In this document: piece after piece, positions 36,155 to 45,300 of the stretch
Layout of the letters: each line of letters starts with the position of its first letter
Position numbering within the stretch: position 1 is the stretch's first letter
Assembly: GCA_934747775.1 (NCBI GenBank)
Contig: CAKVHA010000001.1
Location: forward strand, 131,673 to 195,672
Direction: 5' to 3'
Source of the DNA: an uncultured Clostridia bacterium
GTDB lineage: Bacteria; Bacillota; Clostridia; Christensenellales; UBA1242
Length of the DNA stretch: 64,000 nt
Program-made: the position numbers and the translations under genes
Notes under the pieces: generated by a model
Seen by the model: the letters and a program-made list of their open reading frames with translations, nothing else
The model's database searches: none
Told to the model about the DNA's origin: nothing

Positions 36155-36937
36155 ATGATTGATGAAAAGTATAGAAAAATTATTGATAGGTTTTTGGCTG
36201 TACACATAACACCTAGGGTGCTAGATAAGGACAACTTGTTGGGTGTGGTTGTGTATGGAAGTTCAACAACGGGATATTATGATAAAAATTCCGATATAGA
36301 CCTTTTGGTTTTGTTAAACGAAGCAGAGAATAGTGTTAGGGGAGTAAAGTATGTTGATGAAGTGAAAATTGAGTATTTTATAAAACCCATTGAAAAATTT
36401 TTAAGTGAAAGCGTTAGTTTTACAAATATGAATTGCCCTTCGCACATCGCATTAAATCAAAACTGCGAAATCTTGTATGGAAAAGAAGATTTTATTAGAA
36501 ATATGCTTAATGCCGATAACGACTTTTACAATAAAAACCACAAAAAACCAAACATCAATTATTTTCAAAAACTTGTTCAAATTGATAACAGAATGTCTAG
36601 TTTGAAAAACATATATGACAGACAAGGAAAAGAATTTGAAATGGTGTATTACAATGTTTTGGAAATGATTAGAACTCTTCATTCTTCTCACAACGAAGAA
36701 GCGGATATCCCATTTGTAAAAGCCTACAGGGTTTACAATGATAAGGACTATTACAACAGATATGTTGGCAAGGGGGCTAAAAATGTTGTCCCAGATAAAG
36801 AGTTTGTAAAAAGATACAATATGTGTGTTGAACAAAAAGAAACGCGTGAAACTATGATGAACAACATAGATGGGTTGTATGAGTACGAAAAAAAGAGTTA
36901 TAAAATTGACCCTAAAAACTACGAACTAATTTTTTAG
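36155..36937 (+). CDS. Nucleotidyltransferase, KNTase/ANT-like (NTase domain plus C-terminal helical, HEPN-like domain)
   Basis: GVVVYGSSTTGYYDKNSDIDLLVLL (GS-x-DxD), then EYF. 260 aa, like ANT(4')/KNTase. The C-terminal half contains RTLHSSH. Confidence 0.65.
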   Translation: MIDEKYRKIIDRFLAVHITPRVLDKDNLLGVVVYGSSTTGYYDKNSDIDLLVLLNEAENSVRGVKYVDEVKIEYFIKPIEKFLSESVSFTNMNCPSHIALNQNCEILYGKEDFIRNMLNADNDFYNKNHKKPNINYFQKLVQIDNRMSSLKNIYDRQGKEFEMVYYNVLEMIRTLHSSHNEEADIPFVKAYRVYNDKDYYNRYVGKGAKNVVPDKEFVKRYNMCVEQKETRETMMNNIDGLYEYEKKSYKIDPKNYELIF

Positions 36938-37020
36938 GTTTTTACAACCGCTTTCCGTTTTTAAATACACATAACTTTAAAACGCATAACAAAAAAGGCA
37001 AATCAATAAGGTTTGCTTTT

Positions 37021-37117
37021 TTAAAAATATAAATTTATTGTAAATCATTTTGAGATTTTAACAAAAAATAGTATTATATTAAAAAGGCGAAGTTGAAAAA
37101 TGAAAAACAAAAAGTTT
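37021..37117 (+). repeat. 97-bp direct repeat, copy B (native 5' region of the LRR gene)
   Basis: See copy A. Confidence 0.9.
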
Positions 37118-38497
37118 AAAAGAGTGTTCATTTTAATAGTATGTGCTCTTATTTTGGGGCTAAGCTTTCCAGCGGCGGCAAATGTTGCGCATGCGGCAAG
37201 CAATATTTCGTATTCCGAAACGCAAGTTGGCGATAGCGCACTTTACAATACGCTTAGGAATATAAGCAAGAAAAATGGTGGCTCGGGTGTACTAAGAGAA
37301 ACCACTTTTAATAGTGAGAGATTTGAAACGCTAGACCTTAGCACATATAGGCAAGATGGGTCGCCGATAACACAAATTTCATCGCTAGACGGATTAAAAC
37401 TGTTTGCACTAGAATACACGAAAACTCTTAATATTTCAAACAATGCATTAACCGAAATCGACCCAACAGTGCTTACAAATATTCCGCAATTGGAAACATT
37501 AATCGTTAATGGAAACCAACTTACAAATCTAGATCTTACTGGCTGTACAAGACTAAAAGTTGTGGAAGCAACAGGAAACTATCTTACAAGCTTTAATGGC
37601 GCAAGTATGGTTTCTAATGGGTTTTCAATTGACCTATCGCGAAACAACTTTACAGACTTTAGTGAAATTAAGTTGCCAGAACAAATAACTGGTGCAAATG
37701 GTGATATTAGACTTTACAACAACAATATATCCAACTATACAAGTGCAGGTAACTATCGCGTTTATTTGGGGCTACAAGGTTTGTATTTTAACACTTCATC
37801 TTTGAGTAATGAAACTATACGCGAAAAATCCGAAAAAATTGTGTATTACAAAAGCGAAGTTCACAATGTTAGATTTGTTATTTCAAACGATAGCGGCGTT
37901 GTTCAAACCATAAATGACTACGATGTGAAGGGAAATACAGTAAATGTTCCGCTAGAAATTGGCGAGTACGAACTTAATGTTTACTACATAGATGTGGCGG
38001 ACGGACACAAAGCATATCCGCTTTCTACAAAACAGCACGCAAAAACAAACAAAGCAAACTCGGCAGATTATTACGATAAAGTTGAAGGCATTTACAAATA
38101 TTACGATGATGTTTATGTGAAATTTAGTGTTATTCCTAGCACTCCAACATACAAGTATTTAATTAAGGATAAATACTATGACGAAAGTGAAGTTGGTAAA
38201 TTAAAACAAAAAGCAAAAATCATTTTAAACGGCGACAGCGGTGCGGACTTGTATTACAGATATGGCGCAAATGGCGAATGGAAACAAGGAAACGAAATTA
38301 ATCTAACAAAAGGCGGAACATATTTTATAGAAGTTCAAGCCCGTGTGGGCGAAAGCGTTAGCCGCACATCAACCATTTTGATTAATGCCGAAGCGAGTCT
38401 TACAGTTCCTTCAATCTTGTTAATCTTTTTAATTTTAGGTGTTGGCGCTTTAATATTTGCGGTGGGTATTCCACTTCTTAAAAAATATGTTTTATAA
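37100..38497 (+). CDS. Leucine-rich-repeat surface protein with a signal peptide and a C-terminal TM anchor
   Basis: Signal peptide: VFILIVCALILGLSFPAAANVAHA. LRRs: LNISNNALTEIDPTVLTNIPQLETLIVNGNQLTNLDLTGCTRLKVVEATGNYLTSF. C-terminus: ILLIFLILGVGALIFAVGIPLLKKYVL. No LPXTG. Confidence 0.8.
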   Translation: MKNKKFKRVFILIVCALILGLSFPAAANVAHAASNISYSETQVGDSALYNTLRNISKKNGGSGVLRETTFNSERFETLDLSTYRQDGSPITQISSLDGLKLFALEYTKTLNISNNALTEIDPTVLTNIPQLETLIVNGNQLTNLDLTGCTRLKVVEATGNYLTSFNGASMVSNGFSIDLSRNNFTDFSEIKLPEQITGANGDIRLYNNNISNYTSAGNYRVYLGLQGLYFNTSSLSNETIREKSEKIVYYKSEVHNVRFVISNDSGVVQTINDYDVKGNTVNVPLEIGEYELNVYYIDVADGHKAYPLSTKQHAKTNKANSADYYDKVEGIYKYYDDVYVKFSVIPSTPTYKYLIKDKYYDESEVGKLKQKAKIILNGDSGADLYYRYGANGEWKQGNEINLTKGGTYFIEVQARVGESVSRTSTILINAEASLTVPSILLIFLILGVGALIFAVGIPLLKKYVL

Positions 38498-38509
38498 CTT
38501 AAATTAGTG

Positions 38510-38538
38510 TTGACAATTTAAATTTTCAAGCGTATTAT
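38510..38538 (+). promoter_or_regulatory. Promoter of the glyQS leader
   Basis: TTGACA, 17 bp, TATTAT. Confidence 0.6.
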
Positions 38539-38545
38539 ATTATTA

Positions 38546-38709
38546 AATCCAGTGAGGCAAGTGGCGATTGCTTAGGAGATGTTAATAGCGTCCGCATTTT
38601 AAAGTTTGGCGTAACAAAACTAATTAAGGTGGGTATTTACCAATTAGGGTGGAACCGCGGTTATAAAAATAATCGTCCCTATGCAAGTTTTTTTGCATAG
38701 GGCTTTTTG
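38546..38709 (+). promoter_or_regulatory. T-box riboswitch (glycine specifier)
   Basis: T-box sequence aattaGGGTGGaACCGCGg (38642-38660). A GGC codon at 38608-38610 sits in a specifier-loop-like context (gtttGGCgtaac). Terminator: ccctatgcaa-gttttt-ttgcataggg-cttttt (38677-38709). The compact length is typical of glyQS T-boxes. Confidence 0.85.
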
Positions 38710-38877
38710 TTTGCTTTTTAGCATATATACTAAGGAATTATTGTTGGCATTTTAAGTTTAAAACAAACTTAATATAAATATGCTTAAAGGCTTATACAGA
38801 CAACATACAATAGTATTTTGACAAAAACTTGCAAGTTTGTGACAAAAAACATATATAACAAGGAGAATAAAAAATAT

Positions 38878-40254
38878 ATGGAACAAAAAGTAACAATGGA
38901 CAAAATATTAAATTTGTGCAAAAATAGGGGTTTTGTTTTCCCTGGTAGCGACATCTATGGTGGCTTTGCAAACACTTGGGATTTTGGGCCGCTTGGTGTT
39001 GAGTTTAAAAACAACATTAAACGCGCGTGGTGGAAAAGGTTTGTACAAGAAGACAAAACAACATATGGAGTTGACGCTGCAATATTAATGAACCCTACTG
39101 TTTGGGAAGCGAGCGGACACATAGCTAGTTTTGGCGACCCTAAAATGGATTGCAAAAACTGCAAACAACGTTTTAGAGCTGATACTTTAATTGAACAACA
39201 CAGCAAGGGTAGTGTGGCTGCCGAAGCAATGACCAATGAAGAAATGGAAAAGTATATTGCCGACAATGATATTAAGTGTCCACACTGCGGCGTGCGCGAT
39301 TGGACACCTATTAGAAAATTTAACCCTATGTTTGTAACATCGCGTGGAACGCTAGAAGCTGATGCGGACAAAGTGTATCTTCGTCCTGAAACTTGCCAGG
39401 GCGAATATGTAAACTTTTTGAATGTTCAACGCACTATGCGTGCAAAAGTGCCTTTTGCTATTGCGCAAATTGGTAAATCGTTCCGAAACGAAATCACCCC
39501 TGGGAATTTCTTGTTCCGCACAATCGAGTTTGAACAGATGGAGTTGCAAAAATTCTGTCGTCACGATGATGGAATGAAGTTTTATGACGACTACAAACAA
39601 CGTGCGTTAAAGTTTGTTGAAGATATGGGTTTAAAAGCAGAGCATTTGCGTTTCCACGATCACGACAAACTTGCACATTATGCTAAAGCTGCTTGTGATA
39701 TTCAATATTTGTTCCCAATTGGTTGGCAAGAACTAAATGGTATTCACAATCGTGGTGACTGGGACTTATCGCGTCATCAAGAGTATAGCGGAAAGAGTAT
39801 GCTATATATGGATCCATTTACAAACGAGAAATTTTTACCTAATGTAATTGAGTATTCTATTGGTGCTGATAGGCTTACCCTTGCGCTAATGTGTGAAGCG
39901 TATGACGAAGAAGTTATGGAAGGTGGCGACACTCGTGTTGTTATGCATATTAATCCTGCACTTGCACCTTTTAAGGTTGCTATTTTGCCACTTCAGAAAA
40001 ACCTAAGCGAAAAAGCAAACGAAGTTTTTGCGTTGTTATCTAAGCGTTTTATGTGTGACTACGATGAAGCTGGCAGCATTGGAAAGCGTTATCGTCGTGA
40101 AGATGAAATTGGCACGCCATATTGTGTAACTATTGATTTTGACACATTAGAAAACAACACGGTTACTATTCGTGATCGTGATACTATGAAGCAAGAACGC
40201 ATTAGTATTGACGAACTTGCGGATTACATTGAATCTCGCGTTCAATTTAATTAG
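38878..40254 (+). CDS. glyQS: Glycine--tRNA ligase (homodimeric GlyQS type)
   Basis: AAGGAG RBS. The N-terminus is MDKILNLCKNRGFVFPGSDIYGG. FRNEITPGNFLFRTIEFEQMEL is motif 2, and GADRL is motif 3. Confidence 0.95.
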   Translation: MEQKVTMDKILNLCKNRGFVFPGSDIYGGFANTWDFGPLGVEFKNNIKRAWWKRFVQEDKTTYGVDAAILMNPTVWEASGHIASFGDPKMDCKNCKQRFRADTLIEQHSKGSVAAEAMTNEEMEKYIADNDIKCPHCGVRDWTPIRKFNPMFVTSRGTLEADADKVYLRPETCQGEYVNFLNVQRTMRAKVPFAIAQIGKSFRNEITPGNFLFRTIEFEQMELQKFCRHDDGMKFYDDYKQRALKFVEDMGLKAEHLRFHDHDKLAHYAKAACDIQYLFPIGWQELNGIHNRGDWDLSRHQEYSGKSMLYMDPFTNEKFLPNVIEYSIGADRLTLALMCEAYDEEVMEGGDTRVVMHINPALAPFKVAILPLQKNLSEKANEVFALLSKRFMCDYDEAGSIGKRYRREDEIGTPYCVTIDFDTLENNTVTIRDRDTMKQERISIDELADYIESRVQFN

Positions 40255-40413
40255 TCACTGGGCGTGACAGCCTATGTCTTATATGTTGCATCATTAACAT
40301 ACAAAAAGAGTGTTCAAGGGTGCTGGTCGCACGACTATATCTTACACACTGCAAGGATGGAAGAATATCCATTTGGTGCAAAAAATAAACGCAGTCAAAA
40401 ACAAATAAACAAT

Positions 40414-40448
40414 AATAAAAAAATCCCTAAATCTAGGGATTTTTTTGT
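40414..40448. terminator. Bidirectional terminator between glyQS and the convergent membrane-protein gene
   Basis: aaaaaaa-tcccta-aatc-taggga-ttttttt. Confidence 0.75.
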
Positions 40449-40548
40449 TTTGATTTGTGTTTTAGTTGTTTATATTCTATTTGCTTTTCTAACTATTTGT
40501 GTTTTAATAAACCGTCTTTTAAAGGGCTGTATTTTTATCACTTGCGAA

Positions 40549-41550
40549 TTATTTGATTGGTTTAATAAATTTAATGTTCCACATCCAAGGTGAGCGAGCT
40601 TCTTTTCCAAGCAAACTCATAACAATTAAAACTAGTTTTGTAAGAGTTGTAAGAATTAGTAGTACAACGCCGGCGATTAGTGAAATCATAAGTAGCAAAT
40701 TAATAATGCTGTTTTCGCCAGGCTTTACAATTTTGCCCACAACTATTAGTGCAGCACCCAAAATATCTATAAAAAATACTTCCATACCTTCGTTGGCGTG
40801 ATGTCTAACAAAGTTGTTTTTGCGGTTTATAAGTAGCGGAATAAAGAACAAGATGTATGCCAACCACGCAATGCTTTTGCCTTGTTTAATTTCTTCTGGA
40901 GTGCATTTGTTTTCGTGCTTTTTCTTTTTTTCTTTTTTGCCTTTTTTATCCGATTTTTCTTCTTCGCCCACAACAAACATAGGTTGTTCGCCGCTGTTTT
41001 CGTTGGCGTTTACATCGAGTGGAGTAGCGCTGTTTTGGTCAAATTGTTCGGCAGATTGCTCGTTGTAACCATTGTTAGCATCTGCTACATTTTGTGCAAC
41101 CATAGGGTCAACAGGATTGTCTACAAACATTGGCTCGCCAGCACCATCTTGTGCGGTAGGAGCGGTGTTTTCGCTTTGCATATCGGCAGGAATAAATGCC
41201 GACAAAACGTCATTTATTTCTTCGTTCTGTTGTGGTTCGGTTTCGGTGACAATCGCACTGTTTGTTTCTTCGCTGTTGCTTTCGTTTTGCACTGTGGTAG
41301 GCTCGTCGTTGCGGTTAATATCTTTGCTTAAAATGTAGTTGTCTAGGTTAACTTCTTCTTGTTTTGTAGCCTTAATTTCGTTTGCAATTGCGGCATTTGC
41401 TGTTGCTTGACGTTCGGCGTGAATCTTGTTAATGTTGCTAATGGCAGCCAAAATTTTGTTCTTGTTTTCTGCCGCTTTTTCAGGTTCAACAAAGTCGCTG
41501 CTGCTAAGTGGAAGTCCGCCTAGGATTAAATCTTCGTTTTTTTCATCCAT
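40549..41550 (-). CDS. Membrane protein with a low-complexity acidic N-terminal half and a DUF4870-like C-terminal TM domain
   Basis: The C-terminus (SIAWLAYILFFIPLLINRKNNFVRHHANEGMEVFFIDILG) resembles the DUF4870 signature. Confidence 0.6.
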   Translation of the reverse strand: MDEKNEDLILGGLPLSSSDFVEPEKAAENKNKILAAISNINKIHAERQATANAAIANEIKATKQEEVNLDNYILSKDINRNDEPTTVQNESNSEETNSAIVTETEPQQNEEINDVLSAFIPADMQSENTAPTAQDGAGEPMFVDNPVDPMVAQNVADANNGYNEQSAEQFDQNSATPLDVNANENSGEQPMFVVGEEEKSDKKGKKEKKKKHENKCTPEEIKQGKSIAWLAYILFFIPLLINRKNNFVRHHANEGMEVFFIDILGAALIVVGKIVKPGENSIINLLLMISLIAGVVLLILTTLTKLVLIVMSLLGKEARSPWMWNIKFIKPIK

Positions 41551-41767
41551 TTTTCTTTTTCCTTAAAAAATATTCTTCGTTTTTGCTATTATATAGTATT
41601 TGCCTTTTTTTGTAAAACATTTTTGCAACAAAAAAACAACATACTTGTTTTTAAGTTGTTGTTTTGCGGTTTTTATTTAATTGGTGTGGCTTTTATATGT
41701 CAGCGTACTTTTACTAGTATCAGTATTGTATATGTCCTAAGGTAGTATTCGCCCTATGTGGTTAAAA

Positions 41768-42019
41768 CTATCTGGTCATATAGTCTTGATTTAAAATAAA
41801 GTCACGTATTTTGTTTGCAATGCGAGCTGCTGCTGGCTTTGATACGGTCATTTGCCCGTATTTTTCCACAATGGCGTCGCGTGGCATAACCTTTTTTATA
41901 ATCGCCTTAGGTGTTTTCACTTCGGGCTTTTTGTATGCATTAACTTTATGTATGCCCTTTACATACATTTCTATCATTGTTGCGTTATTAAGTTTGCTTG
42001 TGATTGCTAATTTGTCCAT
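41768..42019 (-). CDS. Small basic hypothetical protein (83 aa), divergent from the giant gene
   Basis: An AGAGGGAAAAAG RBS region precedes the ATG. No recognisable family. Confidence 0.5.
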   Translation of the reverse strand: MDKLAITSKLNNATMIEMYVKGIHKVNAYKKPEVKTPKAIIKKVMPRDAIVEKYGQMTVSKPAAARIANKIRDFILNQDYMTR

Positions 42020-42301
42020 CTTTTTCCCTCTAAAAAAATCGTACAGTCTTATTATATATGTTTTTAAAACTTTGTCAATACCAATTTTGATATCTTTTTT
42101 GCGGTCTTATAAAAAAATTTTTCTTTTTTTATTATTTTATGACAATTCTTTTGACTTAATTTACATATTTTGCTAAATTATTTATATAATAAATAAAATA
42201 AGTTGGTAAACTTCCCACACCTTTTGTTGCCTTAACCCCAGCGATTAAGGCACATTTTAGGTTTTTTACTATCAACCCAACTTAAAAAAGGATGCAAACA
42301 T

Positions 42302-45300
42302 ATGAAAAAAGGAAAAAAATTATTCTCATACATTCTAATCGCATTAAGCGCCGTTTTTTGCATAGGCTCGCTTAACCTATCCCCAAAATCCCGCGTTAGT
42401 GCTGATGGCGATGTTATTTATAAAACATATGAGACAAGCGCTTTGAGAGAAGGCGATTTTATCGAGTTTGGCGAATATCCGCAAAGAAAAGTTGCAGAAT
42501 TGAGTAATGAGGATATTAATACGCTTAACCAATCGGCTAATTTCGACACAGAAGATCGTTCGGGCTATTATGTTGCAAAAACAACCCAAAAACTAGGCTC
42601 CAACATAGCTGGAACGGATAGTAATGGAAACAATATTATCGCTGGTCATAAATACCATTTGTTTACTGTTAATGGTAGTTATGGGGAAAAATATCCAGCA
42701 GAAGCCATTATTGATAAACCTTCAAGTGGTGGATATACTTATAGAAAGATGGAAGATGCTGCTGGTGTTAACGGCACCTTAGACCCAAGAAAGTATGTAA
42801 TAGATCATTTTAATTCTGATGATCATTATGCTCAAGCGTATCAATCATCAAATAATGGCTACATTACTTCAAAGACTTATTTGTTTGAAGTACAACCTTT
42901 AACTTGGAAAGTTGTAAAAGCTAATTCCGACGTTTATACTTTGGTTTGTACATCGGTTATTGATGCTATGGACTTCAACTTGTATGATAGTAACGGCTCT
43001 ATGTGGGCGTATAGTTATGTTAGAAACTATTTAAATAATGATAGCCGTGGTAAATATCCTATCTTAGTTAGAATAAATAATGACTCGGATGGTAATCTAC
43101 AAAAGTATCGCGGTAATTCTAAATTGGATGAAAGAACTTATTTAAACTGGCTTGACTACGGAGATAGTTCTGTTCAAATAGGAAGTGGAGCAAAACCGGT
43201 ATGGATAGGAGAAGACGGGTGGTGGATTTTTACTACTAATTATTATACAGCTAATTCGACCGAAAATTCCAGAAACTCCAAACTTATAGATGCTTCTACC
43301 TTACAAGGTGATCGTAAGGGCTTTATTGACAAGGCTTTTAGCAAACAAGAAAAAGATCTTTTGCAAACAAGCAGTACTGAAAGTCGAGGCACGAGTCCAA
43401 GTAAAAATTATGAGATAGATAAGATTACGGTAAATGATAAAGTAAAACTTGTTGGTGTAAACAATTTAAAATCATCAAACTTTATATTGAATAACGGAAA
43501 ATATTACTCGGACTATGCTGCAGCTAATGGTTTTGTTTATAATTTTAATAATAGTACTTCTTTGACTACGTATAACAACGGGAGAAAAACTGGAAATTCT
43601 AGCGATCATAAATATGGTTATATTTGGACTTTGGGTAGTGATGGTTCGTCGGATGCTGGCAAGCAGTTTTCAACAGATTGGTATGAAGATTATTTTTGTA
43701 CTGTACACAATGTAAGAGATGTTGCACAAATTAATTTATCCAATGCTTCTATTACAAATATTAATGCTTATAATAATTTAGATAAAGAAGGTACGAAAGA
43801 GTCATATTTAAAGAAGAATGCATATAGTGTAAATAGTATGGATCAGTCTTATGGTATTGTTCCACAAATTGAAATAAAGTTAACAAAAGACAATCAATAT
43901 TTGATTGACAAAGTAAATACGGCAACACCAAACGAAGAATACTCAAATGACGGTTCTATGGCTGCAAATAGAAATTTTGCTGTTGGTGTTTATGATAAAG
44001 ACACAAATTTGAATGTTTCAGTTTCATATAATAAAGTTACACAAGCAGTAAATACAACTGCAAATGGAAGTACTTACACATACACAATAACAGGTTATGT
44101 TAGCGGCTCTAACATTGATATGAAAGAGTACTTTTATAGATTTTCTTTAGCTACTGAAACACCAACTGCAGCAAATGTTGTTTATTCCTATGCAACTATT
44201 GGTGAAGAGACTAGTAATGGGTATCCTTTTACGGTAAAACTAACATGGGATAAAGAGCCAAATAGAAATACAGAACTTTCATGTTTTATGGTTTCTAAAG
44301 ATATGAAAACTATGTATAAAGTAGAGAATGTAAAGAGTGGTTCTTTAAGTAATTTGTATAGGGAAGTAATTTTTAAAGAAATAGAATTAAGTGATACATT
44401 GGATGAAAATAACAAACCGATTGTATTAGAAAAAGTGATCAGAACCATTCCGCTATATTATGGTATGTCATTTGATTTGCCTGAATTAGGTGGGGTGTCT
44501 GGTAGTGTAGCAAATTACTGGTTTGCAGATAAAGATAAAGCAGTAGCTTATATAGAAAACGCAGCACCAAATCCAGAGGGTGCAAAATCTGGAACGATTG
44601 ATAGTGGTAATGGTTTATATCCTAACGATGCTACTGTTACATTTTATTGTGCAGCTGGTGAATTAAAATATAGTGTTAAAGTTGATAGTGCAAGCAGTAG
44701 TTCCGGCAAGACATTTAATGGTCATTATTATTTAATGAACCTTAATAATAAACAAGCCATTTATCCGCAACAAAATAGTATGGAGATTTTGAATAAAGAC
44801 CTTAGCACATCTTATTCTACATATAGTTTTAAAGTAGTTATAAAATATCCTTATGTTAAAGGTTATGCAAGCACTTTCTTAACAGAAACTAATGGTGTGC
44901 TTGGCTTTAAATTAGATGAAAACGAAAAACCTTTACTATACAACAATTTAAAAATATATGTTGGCGAAACTGTTAGTGATGAAGGTTTACTAGGAACAAC
45001 CAAAACCACTGATGGAAGCAAAGCTTATTACGAAATTTCTGGTTTTGGTTACACTAAATTTAATGATACCAGTACAAATAAGGAATTATATTTTAATGTA
45101 TTAATTAATGATATAAGTGGAGCTTATGGTGCTAAAAACTTCCTAGTTTCGTTTACAGAAACAAAAGATTCTGAAGACTCATATAGTATTGAATTTGATA
45201 CTGCTGCTTATAACGACACTAACAATGACCATATTTATTTCAAAAATGGTGAAAGTGAAAAGGATTATAGCAAAAAAATAGATGGCATTGGATATGGAAC

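Noticed and set aside
40264-40593. 109-aa + strand ORF after glyQS
   Set aside because: It has no RBS and runs straight through a clear bidirectional terminator (40414-40448). It also overlaps the 3' end of the convergent membrane-protein gene. It is most likely a chance ORF.
40553-41338. Four overlapping + strand ORFs (82-149 aa) opposite the 40549..41550 gene
   Set aside because: They are mutually overlapping shadow frames of a low-complexity region. The minus-strand ORF has the RBS, the recognisable DUF4870-like TM domain and the terminator.
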